A stretch of 32,000 nucleotides of DNA from Xenococcus sp. PCC 7305. GTDB taxonomy: Bacteria > Cyanobacteriota > Cyanobacteriia > Cyanobacteriales > Xenococcaceae. Below the pieces are notes generated by a model. The model worked only from the letters and a program-made list of their open reading frames with translations. It did not search any database and was not told the origin of the DNA. A program made the translations under genes and the position numbers. The stretch spans positions 15,173-47,172 of the forward strand of contig NZ_ALVZ01000225.1 in the NCBI RefSeq assembly GCF_000332055.1. The letters are read 5' to 3'. Positions 31,159 through 32,000 of this stretch are shown here, one piece after another (position 1 is the stretch's first letter; each line of letters starts with the position of its first letter).

Positions 31159-31407
31159 TTTCAAGATCTCCTCTATATGTTTAGCGTCGGCAACTACTTG
31201 TTTAAAGGCTTGTCTGCCTTGTGCGATCGCTTTTTCTTTGTCGGCCATTGATTCGCCGATTAAAGTTCGATTCTCTAAATAAGAGCGAACCCAATATTTG
31301 TAGCTGGGTGGGCGATCGGGCTCTGTGACCTCAACTAAGTTCAGGACGCAGCTTGCTTCTTTTGCGATCGTCTCTTCGACGTAGGTTTTTCCTGGGGCAA
31401 TTGGCAT
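31141..31407 (-). CDS. hypothetical protein (88 aa) bracketed by heptamer arrays
   Basis: The ATG lies 3 nt after TTTAAA of array C (minus strand). The last about 9 codons (ILKVGSRE) are encoded by the inverted heptamer units. Confidence 0.45.
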   Translation of the reverse strand: MPIAPGKTYVEETIAKEASCVLNLVEVTEPDRPPSYKYWVRSYLENRTLIGESMADKEKAIAQGRQAFKQVVADAKHIEEILKVGSRE

Positions 31408-31416
31408 GGCTTTAAA

Positions 31417-31458
31417 GTAGGGAGTAGGAAGTAGGGAGTAGGAAGTAGGGAGTAGGAA
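31417..31458 (+). repeat. heptamer array C: 6 x alternating GTAGGGA / GTAGGAA, preceded by TTTAAA
   Basis: Read directly. TTTAAA is at 31411-31416. Confidence 0.9.
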
Positions 31459-31526
31459 GTTATAAATATTTTACTGGCAAGCTGAACACAATGTTTCTTG
31501 CTTTATACAAAAAACATCTATGCTTC

Positions 31527-31721
31527 TTACTTGACTTTTTCTTCTAAATAAACATTGAATATCTGTCTATTAATATCTAGTACCTCTTGAATCTCAACCC
31601 CGTAATGGTCCTCGAATCCTTCAATCTCGAATTCATCAAGAGCAAGCGATTTTTGAATCATTTTAAGCTTTGATCTCAATCTGTAATTTAACGCCAATAC
31701 ATTTTCTTGCTGTGTTTTCAT
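31527..31721 (-). CDS. small protein of the IEGFEDHYG family (64 aa)
   Basis: RSKLKMIQKSLALDEFEIEGFEDHYGVEIQEVLDI is closely similar to ORF 11490-11702. Confidence 0.55.
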   Translation of the reverse strand: MKTQQENVLALNYRLRSKLKMIQKSLALDEFEIEGFEDHYGVEIQEVLDINRQIFNVYLEEKVK

Positions 31722-31779
31722 GGTCTTTTCTCCAAAAGATAAATAATAAAAATGCCCGCCACGATCGCGAGCTAAATAA

Positions 31780-32000
31780 TTAACAAGATGCTGCGTACTG
31801 GCGTTTCAAATAAGCAACAGCTAAATCTCTAGTGGAGAAAAGAACCTCTTCGGTATTGCCGTTACAGAAAGATTTGCCAACCCAATCGGAGCCCCAGGGG
31901 TCGCGATAGTATTGCCCTGCAACGAAACAATCGGCGAGAAGGGTAAATTTGTTGATTCCGTCGTTATAGTCGTAATCGCTCAAGATTTCGTAGTAGGGAG
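31780..32000 (-). CDS. uninterrupted paralogue of the IS-split gene, 5'-partial at window edge
   Basis: The track starts it at TTG 31983, but the frame stays open to nt 32000 (…PYYEILSDYDYND). It matches the junction of the two halves at 22750-22944 and 24188-24394. Confidence 0.7.
   Translation of the reverse strand, partial: PYYEILSDYDYNDGINKFTLLADCFVAGQYYRDPWGSDWVGKSFCNGNTEEVLFSTRDLAVAYLKRQYAASC

Overview
The DNA is saturated with the octamer GCGATCGC (HIP1), so it is almost certainly cyanobacterial. The window is a phage-like, mosaic mobile region heavily colonised by IS200/IS605-superfamily (OMEGA) elements.

Layout, left to right:
- 1-5.3 kb: phage structural genes. These are a 5'-partial capsid gene, small ORFs, an 887-aa double beta-helix tail fibre and a downstream ORF.
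- 5.3-7.9 kb: a regulatory block with a Rha-like regulator, an XRE repressor and two pairs of overlapping small genes.
- 7.9-9.9 kb: a decayed, nested IS605-like locus with a tnpA remnant, an intact 428-aa tnpB and an N-terminal fragment of another tnpB.
- 10-14 kb: an early-gene-like block with a possible annealing protein, a cI-like repressor with operator-like palindromes, a Xis/MerR-like HTH protein and a replication-like gene.
- 14.1-20.3 kb: a tightly coupled plus-strand operon. It includes a protein carrying 29 tandem 12-nt (DSVx) repeats, an orphan C5 cytosine methyltransferase and a tandemly duplicated, apparently nuclease-dead NUMOD4/HNH-like protein.
- 20.3-26.5 kb: three TnpB elements with collinear ends, only one of which has tnpA. 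All three sit antisense in, or at the 3' end of, plus-strand genes.
- 26.6-29.5 kb: dcd, two unknown genes and a ParB-like nuclease-domain gene.
- 29.5-31.1 kb: a solo IscB gene with a structured upstream region that is a candidate omega-RNA.
- 31.1-32.0 kb: heptanucleotide repeat arrays, small ORFs and a 5'-partial gene. That partial gene is the uninterrupted paralogue of the gene split by one TnpB element.

The most interesting signals:
- The IscB element and the heptamer arrays that abut its predicted guide position.
- The in-window filled-site/empty-site pair for a TnpB element.
- The mosaic relationship between TnpB proteins and element ends.
- The in-frame 12-nt repeat tract.

All calls come from reading the sequence and translations and from remembered family motifs. 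No searches were run. IS boundaries are good to a few nucleotides at best.
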